In this document: in pieces, positions 1 through 10,379 of the stretch
How the letters are laid out: the number at the start of each line of letters is the position of its first letter
Numbering within the stretch: the stretch's first letter is position 1
Source: Balanoglossus misakiensis
Taxonomy: Eukaryota > Animalia > Hemichordata
Direction: 5' to 3'
Length of the DNA: 64,000 bases
NCBI GenBank assembly: GCA_040954595.2
Contig: CM082576.2
Location: forward strand, 11,101,129 to 11,165,128
The notes under the pieces: model-generated
Seen by the model: only the letters and a program-made list of their open reading frames with translations
Database searches by the model: none
Told to the model about the DNA's origin: nothing
Translations under genes and position numbers: made by a program

Positions 1-311
1 TTTTGAGTAACATCCCCTTAGTCTAAATCTGGTTACACTTTGATTGAAAATATTGGTCAAATTAAGGCTAGCGGGAAATACATCACGAGCTAGGAGAGAC
101 TATTTCACAAGGTACTATTAAAGACAAATTATAAAGCTCTTTGGTGAGACACATGTTATATACATGTATTATGCGCTTTTATTTCAATTACACAAATGAA
201 TGCATGTATTCTCGGACACTTCTTACATAATCGTCATCAAATGACGTGACACAAATTTCTCTTGTAGAGTTATTTTCTTACAGAGCGGAAGTTCTTTGTC
301 TCATGTTGCCT

Positions 312-1442
312 TCAAATCTCCAATTCGTGGTCAGGGTGATAATACTTGCAGTAGTAGTTGTAGGTATGTTCATCAGGGCGTCTGTAAGAGCAGTACTCAG
401 CGACAGTCGAAAAAGTTAAATGGCCAGGTGGGTTCCAGTAAAATGCCCCGGACAGTTTTTCTGGACATGTCTAAAAAATGGAATATTAGGATATATTTTA
501 ATGGACAAAAACTGTCGCGTTAGTAATTCTGCGGTTGCTACCGTGGGGCACGTCAATGTACATCAACTGTAAACTCTAGGCGCTTTCATGTAATACTGTT
601 TGAAAATAACTGTTGAGAAATAACACGCATCTATTGCCTTCTCACTCACTTCTGTACTACACCGAATCACATTTCATCAGAACCATCGCAAGAAAGCCTT
701 GTGCTCTACTGAATACTCCTATGTTCCCTCAACTCTAATTGAATATTCAAAACTAACACATGATATAAGTAACATATAAGAATCAAGTAATTCTTTAGGT
801 ATACTTACCGCCATGTCGTTGCAAGAAACAACGATCCTTTTTCCAGAATATACGCTGACTGTACAATTTAAACACTCTTCTACTGATTCACCATCAGACA
901 ATATAGTTCCCTGTGTAGAGTGACAGATTTATCAACAAAGCTACGATAGGATACTGCAGTGAATGGTTATCATATTCAGTAGCCTGTTGTGTAGAAGTTT
1001 GAGAAAACACTGTCGAAATGGATACCATTCATTGTCTCCCTCCTTCTTTTTACAAACATTCAAAATCAAACTACATCTAGTCTATTAACGTGTTTCTGTT
1101 TCTGGAAACATAGCATAACATTCTTACCATGTCCATAGTGTCCAGCTTGTCGGTTGCGACATACACCGTCCTAAATGAACTGGTTGGACCGATGTAAGGA
1201 CCGACGGCCACAAACGTTTGATCTACAAAAAATGGCGTTTCATTTTCCAATATGTCTGGCAACGCCATAATTTCATCGAAACACTCCACACCATGTGTGA
1301 CTATTGAATTGTATATGACAGAGTCATATCCCTTTACTTTCATAGAGGAACATATCCATGGCTCTGAGCGGAACGGGTGGTTGATATGGAAGTCACATTT
1401 GACGATGGTCAGAACAGTCGAGAGGACAATCAGCAATTTCAT
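312..1442 (-). CDS. Uncharacterised secreted Cys-rich protein, paralogue A (191 aa, 3 coding exons)
   Basis: Exons 1442-1128, 910-809, 470-312, with phase-0 GT-AG introns and an open spliced frame MKLLIVLSTVLTIVKC/DFHINHPFRSEPW...|GTILSDGESVEECLNC...SCNDMA|TCPEKLSGAFYWNPP...YYCKYYHPDHELEI*. It has a hydrophobic signal peptide and the same exon structure as the two paralogues. A probable non-coding first exon ends at 1588. Confidence 0.85.
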
Positions 1443-2337
1443 TGTGGAGTTACCTGTATAAATAACAACCGATTCTGGATATTGCAATCATATTGAACAT
1501 AAATTGTTTTAGGAGGAAATTTCGTCAACACATACACATGGGGAAAAAATATATGAAAATTCAGTACTCCACAGAAAACAGACTTACTCGTTTACTTCGT
1601 CGAAAGTAAAGACAAGGCTTATCCCCAGAGATGGCTCATTTTATGTGCAGTCATTTTATTTTTGTATAAACTAAATTAGCTAAAGCAAAAATAAAAAAAT
1701 AAATGTAGGTACTGGTAAAGATATTTTGGTATAAACTAGTTCTCCCCTTTGTATATCGCAAAGACCATTGACGACAAATTTTCTTCGAACTGTCTATCCA
1801 AAATAACGTCATGGGTTATTTCCAGCGATAACTCATTATATGTGCACACTCGTTTAATTTTTTTGTGTAAACTTAAGTACATGTAGCATCAATTGGAATA
1901 AATATGAGGATTGTTAACGATATTTTGGTATACTTCCATTGGCACATCCCAATTAAGACGAGACGGTACATTTTCTTGATGATGTCAATTTACTTTAATA
2001 GGTTTGCGACAATGCAAATAATGGAACATGTACAGCCACCACCTTCTAAAATTCCATCTGTTATTACAATTGGTACTGATACCTATATGTAACCCGAATA
2101 CATTGGTTGGTCGCTCTGATCTGGAGGTATATGGCTCATTGCGCACGGTTGATAAGATATATAGCACTTCTGCAAAGCGAGGCTCACTACGCTCAAAATT
2201 TAAAAAATGACAGATAAATATTTGCAACGATCATTTCTTGCATAACTATTATGAAATGACGTGACTCAAATTGCAACGATCCTGTGTATATTTGTTTTCT
2301 AACAGAGCGGAAGTTCTGAATTTCGTTCAAGTTGCCT

Positions 2338-3720
2338 TCAAATCTCCAAATTGTCTTCAGCTTGATAATGTTTGCAGTAGTAGTTGATGGTAAGTTCATC
2401 AGGACGTTTGTAAGAGCAGTAGTCAAAGTTAGCCAAAAAAATCAGTTCGCCGGATGGTTTCCAGTTAAATGCTTCAGTGAGTTTCTCTGGACACGTCTAA
2501 GTAGTGGAATAATATCATATCATTTGAGTTGGACAAGACAATTTGTCGCATTTGCAAATCTTAAATGACCATAATTAATATATCCTCTAATTACAGAAAT
2601 GCCCCCATAATATCAAACCCAAAGAAATAAAGTCATTTAGTGCAGTACATGCACTGACATGGGTGTTTATGTTGACAGGAAACATTATGATACAACAGGA
2701 GTCTATCTTCTGTAAGACATCGAGTCACACTTCATCAGAACCATCGCGAGAAAACCTTGTACACTACCGAATACGTTATCATATGTTGTCTCATATCTAA
2801 TTCTTTTGAATAATAAAATACTAACACCTGATAAAAGTAGCATACCAGAATAAATTGATATTATTCTAGTAAATGTATACTTACCGCCATGTCGTTGCAC
2901 GAAATGGTAAACCTATCTCCAGAATAATTGCTGAATGTACAGTTCAGGCAGTCTTCAATTGATTCACTATCAGGTGGTATAGTTCCCTTTCCCTGAGTGT
3001 GTAAAGTGACACATTTATCAACAAACTTTCCGCACTAATACTTAATTTTGACACTCAAGGTAAAAGTGACAAATTGATAATGCTCCATTGAAATCGTATC
3101 GTCTGTCATCTCCAATGTGTGGGTCATCATTTTGCGGCAGTGAGATACAGGAAGAATTTGCTGCCCCCCCCCCCCCGGCCATAACAATTGAATGCCCCCT
3201 GCCATTTCACCTCATATTTTAAGATACATGAAAATATTCCTATAGATTTGAACAAATGCTTATTTTTGCATACAGTGAAAAATAATGGAGCACCTTTCTT
3301 TGGCTCCTTTCTTTTTTTTCTTTTTTTACAAACATTCAAAATTAAACTACACCTTTTAAAAGACTGACGTGTACATGTTTCTTAGAATATAACATAATTC
3401 ATTACCAAGTCCAATGTGTCCAATTTGTCAGCAGAAACAATCACAGCTCTAAACGAACTAGTTGGACCGATGTAAGGACCGATTGCCATATACGTTTTGT
3501 CGACGAAAGTTGGCGTTTCGTTTTCCAATAGGTCTTGCAACGACATTATTTCATCAAAACACTCCACACCATGTGTGATTACGGTATCATAGACGTTAGA
3601 CTCGTATCCCATTACTTTTATGGAGGTACATGTCCATGGGTCAGAGCGGAACGGGTGATAGTGATGAAAGAAACAATTGACGATGGCCACAACAGTCGAG
3701 AGGACAATCAGCAATCTCAT
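2338..3720 (-). CDS. Uncharacterised secreted Cys-rich protein, paralogue B (~193 aa, 3 coding exons)
   Basis: Exons 3720-3406, 2992-2885 (alternative acceptor at 2986 possible), 2496-2338. Open frame MRLLIVLSTVVAIVNC/FFHHYHPFRSDPW...|GKGTIPPDSESIEDCLNC...SCNDMA|TCPEKLTEAFNWKP...YYCKHYQAEDNLEI*. Confidence 0.85.
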
Positions 3721-4219
3721 TGTGGAGTTACCTGCATAAGTAACAACCGATTCTGGATATTACTGAAGTGTAAGATTAAAATTTAGGTCCTAGCAGCTGG
3801 GGACGTTATGTCTTCAACAGAGTCAGTAACACCTTTGGTTTGATCAATGGTTTTGTGAAATGCTAATAAAAAACTTCGGTACATCGAAGCATCACTGAAA
3901 TACTGTAAGGAGGGACGATGGTTGAGACAGTGGAAAGTTAGTTCTACAGTGGGCTGTGAGGATACTTGGACAGTGGGTCAGTTCCGCTGGTCCAGCCAGG
4001 GCCACAGGTCTTGTCCTGTATGTCCATGACTGGTCCTTTTTTGAAAGAAAGTCACCGGCGTTCAAATCTACTCTACACGCGTTCCCGCCTCTTCTCAAGT
4101 CAACCGACACTCCGACCAGACTTACGAATACGTCCCATATGACATACACATGGAAAAAAGATGTGAAAATACAGTACTCCACAAATAACAGACTTACCCG
4201 TTTACTTCGTCGAAAGTAA

Positions 4220-4800
4220 AGACATGGGTTATCTCCAGCGATGGCTCCTTTTATGTACACGGTCATTTTATTTTTGTATAAACTTAATTACCTAAAGCAA
4301 AAATGGCCTCCATTGGAATATATGTGGATCCTGTCAACGATATTTTGGTGTACTGGTTCTCCAGATTTTCTTCAAACTGTCCATAGCAATTAAAGACATG
4401 TATTATTTCCGGCGATGGCTTATTTTTTGTGCACAGTCATTTCCTTTTTGAATAAACTTAATTTTCTAGAGCAAAAATGGCCTCTATTGGAATAAATAAG
4501 GGTACTGTTAACGATATTTTGGTATACTAGTTCTCCCCTTTGCATATCTTAAATTGGCTATCGCAATTAAAGACATGGATTATACTTATACTGCATTTTG
4601 CATATCCCAAAGACTAAACGCAAATTTACTTCAAACTGTCTATCTAAAGTAACGACATGGTTTATTCCTACCCATGGCTCATTTTATGTGCACAGTCACT
4701 TTATTTTTTTATAAACAAAAATTTACCTCCATTGGAATAGATATTGGTATCATCAACGACATTTTGGTATACACATGTACCGGTACTTCCATTTGCACAT
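4220..4800 (-). repeat. Three diverged tandem copies of the ~140-bp core-promoter/first-exon unit of paralogue B
   Basis: The unit 'catgg.ttat.tcc.gcgatggctc.ttttatgtgcacagtcattttattttt.tataaac...cctccattggaata...acgatattttggtatact' recurs at ~4220, ~4394 and ~4650. Two copies lie upstream of A (~1612, ~1800) and one upstream of C (~6850). Confidence 0.75.
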
Positions 4801-5247
4801 CCCAATTAAGACAAGACGGTAAATTTTCTTGATGCTGTTAATATATTTTATTTAGTTTGCCAATCTGTGGCGTTGTTTCATAAATCCACTTGCAAGAGAC
4901 AGCCCAGAAGAAAAACAATGCAAATACTGGAACATGTACAGCCACCACCTTCTGAAATTCCATCTGTTATAACAATTGGTACGAATACCCATATGTAACC
5001 CGAATACATTGGTTGGTCGCTCTGATCTGGAGTTTTATAAATAATTGAGGTTTGTAAGAAAATGTGAAATAAATATAGCACTTTCTGCTAAGCGAGGCTC
5101 ACTACGCTCAGAATTAAAAAACTACAGATGAATATATTTAACGATCACTTCTTGCATAACTATCATGAAGTGACGTGACTCAAATTGCAACGATCCTATG
5201 TAGATTTATTGTCTAACAGAGCGGAAGTACTGTGTTTCACGTTGCCT

Positions 5248-6535
5248 TCAAATCTCCAATGCGTGTTCAGGGTGATAATACTTGCAGTAGTAGTTATTGG
5301 TATGTTCATCAGGACGTCTGTAAGAGCAGTACTCCACGTTACTCGCGAAAGTTAGGTTACTCGGTGGGTTCCAGTAAATTGCCCCGGCCAGTTTCTCTGG
5401 ACACGTCTAAATAGTGAAATAATAGCATCATATTAAATGAAATGGACAAAATATGATCGTAATTAAATATATCGCCTAATTACAGAAATGTCCCCACAAT
5501 ATCAAACCCAAAGTAATAAAGTCATATAGTGCAGTACATTTACTGAGACAGGTGTTCATGTTGACTGGAAGCACAAACATACGACACGCGTCTATTGCTT
5601 CTGTACTACACCGAATCACATTTCATCAAACCCATCGCAACAAAACATTGTTCACTACTGAATACTCCTATGTTTTCTCAACTCTAATTCTTTTGAATAA
5701 TCAAAACTAAACTGTGATAAACGAAGAAATTAACTAAATTATAAGAGTCAGTTGACTATTTGTTATTACTTATACTTACCGCCATGTCGCTGCACGAAGC
5801 ACTAAATCTTTGGCCAGAATATAAGTTGACTGTACAATTTAGGCATATTTCTACTGATTCACTATCAGGCAATATTGTTCCCTGTGTAAAATAACAAATT
5901 TATTAACAAACTTTTCCACAATTTGTAATTTTGTCATCTTCAAACTGTGGGTCATCCATCATTTTGTGGTAGTGGGTTCATCCGTTTTCATTTAGATACA
6001 AGAAGTATTTGCTGCCCCCCCCCCCCCCCCGGCCATAACAATTGAATGCCCCCTGCCATTTCGACTCATATATTTTAAGATACACGAAAACATTCCTCAG
6101 ATTTGAACAAATGCTTACTTGTGAAAATGATAGCGTCCCTTTCATTGGGTTCTTTAAAACATTATCTTTTAAAAGTCTGAATATTTAATTGTTTCTTTAA
6201 AAAATAGGATTATTCCATACCATATCCACTGTGTCCAATTCGTCAGCATCAATATTCACAGTTCTAAACGTACTTGTTGGACCGATGTAAGGGCCGACTG
6301 CCGCAAACGTTTTGTAGGCATAAATTGGTGTTTCATTTTCCAATATGTCAGGCAACGCCATAATTTCATCAAAACACTCCACGCCATGTGTGATTACTGA
6401 ATCATAGACGTTAGAGTCGTATCCCTTTGCTTTCATGTGGGTACATATCCATGGCTCTGAGCGGAACGGGTGGTTGGTATGGAAGTCACATGTGACGATG
6501 GCTAGGACAGTCGAGAGGACAATCAGCAATCTCAT
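5248..6535 (-). CDS. Uncharacterised secreted Cys-rich protein, paralogue C (191 aa, 3 coding exons)
   Basis: Exons 6535-6221, 5881-5780, 5406-5248. Open frame MRLLIVLSTVLAIVTC/DFHTNHPFRSEPW...|GTILPDSESVEICLNC...SCSDMA|TCPEKLAGAIYWNPP...YYCKYYHPEHALEI*. Confidence 0.85.
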
Positions 6536-8381
6536 TGCGGAGCTACCTGTATAAGTAACAACCGATTCTGGACTTTACTGAAGTATGTGATTAAAGTTTA
6601 ATACGAAGATGATGGGAACAGAGAGCCAGTAATGCATTGGGATCGCGAGAAGTCAGCAACCAACAGTATTCTCTGTCCTCAAGATTGACTAAAATTTATT
6701 TATTGTGATTTTTTCTTAACTTTTTAAAATCTTAAGTTGCAGAAGAATAAAATAGCGGCTCATAAAATGAGAATGCAATCATATTGAACATTTTTCTTAG
6801 GAGTAACTCTTCAGAAAAAAAGAGACCTACCTGTTTACTTCGTTGGAAATAAAGATATCTCCAGTGGAAGCTTATCATATGCGCACACTCATTTTATTTT
6901 GTATGAACTAAAATAACTCAAGGGAAAATAGCCTCCATTAAAATAAACATGGAGACTGTTAGTAAGCTTACAAATAGCCTGAGATGTGACTTGAATATGC
7001 CCCCGTGGTTGGAATGTTATCGGTCGTTAAAAGTATAGTTATGAACCAAAATAGTGACTGTACATGCTGGTAAGCCTGTCCTGCTACGATAATATATATC
7101 CCTACGTTGAAAGCTGAATAAGTTGTTTGACTAGAAAATGTGAACCCCGGTTTGTACTTTGAAGCCCAAAATTGTGGGTGTCGTTCCACTTTAAGCACAT
7201 ACTCACACCTGCAAGGTCAGTGTCTCTAGCAAGTTTCACCAAATTTGATTTTATCGATGTAATGACTTTTCGTGACATTGCTAGTAATTAGCAGTTAATT
7301 GAGACTATGTATATCCCATAGTACATTTGTTTCATAATCCGAACTGATTTACACATGATATTCATTGTGATTGAGCAAAATAAATGTTACTATCAAAATA
7401 GTTCATATTATCCCCAACATGTTGCAGAAAAAATAGGTATGACTATACAATTATTTTGGGCGTACACCTGAAATCCAGGTTGGTGTTCAGTCATTGTATA
7501 AAATCAATGGTCATGTCATCATCCTGTGATCTGTATGTGTGATGCACTCTTAACATGATCATATTAAGCCAAACTAAATCACAGTCAGTTGAAATCTCAT
7601 TGTGTAGAAGACAAGTTGTTTGTGTGAAGAGAAATGACAAAGAACAGTGATGTGGTTCAAAGATTTACTCGATAAAAATCAGTCAGATGAAAAAATACCA
7701 TCTGAGGGTTAAGTTACATATTGTAATGCCAGCAGCCATACATTCCAAGGCATTAATTTGGTGGAGGGTTGTCCTGCATGCATTTACACGTAGTGAGTAC
7801 ATTCCTGGAAGAGAAAAATACATGGCAGATATATACTGGGAAATGCTCTACTTTTTATGCTAAAAATACCTTTGCAGTATTATCTGGCAGTAAGCACCTG
7901 GGCCTATCTATGACCTTTAAGGTCACATGATTGCACAGAGGTCAAAGTACCACACAGGCTGTGTTGACATGCCACATACTGAGTTCCTGGATAAGAATAA
8001 GAAACTGGTTGAAGAGCACACCTTTCTGGAAAAACTATCTCCCTGCAAGAAGATGTTATGATTTAAATATGATTTACATGTACAACAGTCAGTCAGTATA
8101 TATATATTCTACACAAATACAGGTACATCAACTATTATAATAATAATAATTACATCCATGATTAAAGATCAATTAAAAAGGCATATTTATGAGTTCTTTT
8201 GTCATTATTTTGAGTTGTTTATTGAGACAGAGTCTAGTCTGACTTGAATGATCATTAAATCACTTTTCACCCTTTTATGTGTCAAGGGTACTTCATTCCG
8301 TGACACTGTACTATTGTTTGCACTCACTCCCACACACATAAACTTGGAGAAGAGCAAGACGCTGATTCTGTTCTGGATTCT

Positions 8382-8418
8382 TCCTCCTCCTCCTCCTCCT
8401 CCAGCTCCCCCTCCTCCT
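8382..8418 (+). repeat. (CCT)n microsatellite in the 3' UTR of the zinc-finger gene
   Basis: tcctcctcctcctcctcctcc...ctcctcct. Confidence 0.8.
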
Positions 8419-8455
8419 TAGTGAGGTGGTGATAATTTTCAAGCGACAGTCAGTG

Positions 8456-9637
8456 CTAGGTCCTGCTTGCTCCGTGCGCCGCAAGGATGAGATGCGATGC
8501 AAAGTCATACTTATCGACGCAGACGTGGTTGCAGGCGTTACACCGAAAGGGGTTGGCCGAGTTGTGGCAGCCCATGTGTATAATGTACATCATGACGTCT
8601 TCAAAGCCGATGGCACAGTGGTGGCACCTGTGCGAATACTGGCCGTCCGAGTGTCTCTGCGACGGAAATGCGGTTTTGTGAGAGTTGTTCGTGGTGGTGG
8701 TGTGGACTTGGCGATACTGGTTGTTGCCGTCGACGCTGCCATTGCTGCTGCTGGTCCCCGACACAGCGTGGTGCCCGTTTTCGTGCTCTGAATTATGCGC
8801 ACCGTCGCTCTCGGGGCTCGACAGAATGATTTCACCGTGCTCGGGCAGCTGCCTGGCTTCGGCCTCGCTCGACCTGGAGGTGGCGGTGCTCACGGAGGGC
8901 GATGGGTGCAACTGAGGACTGGTGATACGCGCCTCGTTCTTGACGAAAAACGCCTGAGAGGCCGTCGACGTTTTCGGGTCGACGTGACGAAGGTGCGGAC
9001 TGACCCGGTTGTTCAGCAGTCCCACGATGGTAGGTGCACCCACACTGGGTGCTGGTCGGTCCTGACTGTTGCTCGCGTTGACATCGCACACTGATTGATA
9101 GAAGCCCGGATGTCTTTCAGACGTGTGCGGCGTCGCCACCGACGACGTAGTCGTCGCCTCATGGTGGCTCGTCACCATGGCAACCTCTCCCGTCCTGCGA
9201 TCGACAAGAGTCACCGGCGACACTTCCTCGGACCTGCTTTCGCTCGGCAAAGTGTACACGCTAGATATAACGGGCATCATGCCTATTCCGCAGTCTGCAT
9301 CTGCCAAACTAGGTGCCCTCTTCTTCTTAACGTCACTACTTGGCATCTTTGTTGGATCCGATCTGACGTGTGCCGCGGGGGCTGCCTTGGTCGCCGCGCT
9401 CGCCTTCCGGCCTGGTCCGCTCTTTGCCGGGTACAGCCCGTGCCGACGTTTCATGTGGGTTGTGAGGGTGCTATGCACCAGGGCTGAGTAGCTGCAGTAC
9501 TGGCACTTGTAAGGTTTAATCCCATTATGTGTTTTGCGATGGTACCACATACTGCTGGGACTGTATGTCGTATAACCACATTTCTCACAAGTTATCCTGG
9601 ACGCAGGTAGCCTCGGCGTGATGACCGGTTGGTCCAT
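8456..9637 (-). CDS. Ikaros/Pegasus/Hunchback-family C2H2 zinc-finger transcription factor (Pegasus/IKZF5-like), 393 aa
   Basis: Two N-terminal C2H2 fingers (CEKC..HRKTH, linker NGIKPY, CQYC..HMKRRH). The C-terminal dimerisation finger pair HRCHHC..YIIHMGCH..NPFRCNAC..KYDFASH....AH is diagnostic of the family and closest to Pegasus. A splice acceptor lies at 9642 and a poly(A) signal at 8218-8223. Confidence 0.88.
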   Translation of the reverse strand: MDQPVITPRLPASRITCEKCGYTTYSPSSMWYHRKTHNGIKPYKCQYCSYSALVHSTLTTHMKRRHGLYPAKSGPGRKASAATKAAPAAHVRSDPTKMPSSDVKKKRAPSLADADCGIGMMPVISSVYTLPSESRSEEVSPVTLVDRRTGEVAMVTSHHEATTTSSVATPHTSERHPGFYQSVCDVNASNSQDRPAPSVGAPTIVGLLNNRVSPHLRHVDPKTSTASQAFFVKNEARITSPQLHPSPSVSTATSRSSEAEARQLPEHGEIILSSPESDGAHNSEHENGHHAVSGTSSSNGSVDGNNQYRQVHTTTTNNSHKTAFPSQRHSDGQYSHRCHHCAIGFEDVMMYIIHMGCHNSANPFRCNACNHVCVDKYDFASHLILAAHGASRT

Positions 9638-10379
9638 ACTTCTGCAATGTAATGAAAATGAAAGAATATTCGAATAGCATTAGTGTTTTTATAATTCCTT
9701 TGTTCGGCCATCTCAAACACCCTTTTACAGTCATCACTGAAAATTGGCACTATAAAATATCGTTGCAGATAGATCATTAGTCTTCCCTGTTTATAATGAA
9801 ATAGGGAAGTAGTCGACTTTTCTCCTTTCTATTGCTCAACCGATCGACAATTGAACACCAACCCGGTACACTGCTACGTACGGTATACAAAGGTTCGGTA
9901 TACAGTTGTGAAAACAAACGCCCATTGTGTACAAGGTTTGTTTATCAAAGGAGTGTATGGACATTTCATGCAGGACTCATTTATAGCCGTGGTGAAGATG
10001 ACGTTCATTCCACTCACCGTCACCTCGGTAATGCTGCCACAGGCAAATTTGCAAGTGGCGATTTGACTGAGATGACCTTCGCTCCCATAACACTAACAGG
10101 CTCAGTGTGATTCCTGCGCCTGTGGTACATGTATATTATAGTCATCATCTCTGTACAGTGTGCTACCAATGCATGTATCAAATGATTACACGTGGATGTG
10201 TAAACGTGCCTCACAATCCGTTCAGGAAACAGAGCTGGAAGACACACTAGATATGGACTTACATTGTGCGATTTCCTCTTCAAATGTGCGTACCCCAGAC
10301 TACATCCACTACGAACAACATCATTTAACCTTCTGCACCGCCATGATAACAAGTCAACGTTTCTATTCATTGCCTCCAG

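Noticed and set aside
280-320. Conserved in-frame TGA in all three paralogues read as selenocysteine or readthrough
   Set aside because: The sequence after the TGA has a 4-nt frameshifting indel in paralogue B and no SECIS was recognised, so an ordinary stop codon is more parsimonious.
296-523. Plus-strand ORFs HVAFKSP… (also 5232-5414) behind an acceptor-like ttacag
   Set aside because: These are antisense shadows of exon 3, and the frame is not preserved in paralogue B.
640-740. Conserved intron-2 block as an extra exon (…GFLAMVLMKCDS)
   Set aside because: It starts with an in-frame stop and is frameshifted in B. Exon 2 splices cleanly to the TCPEKL exon.
8426-9491. Several plus-strand ORFs over the zinc-finger gene
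   Set aside because: They are GC-rich antisense or alternative-frame artefacts with no recognisable motifs.
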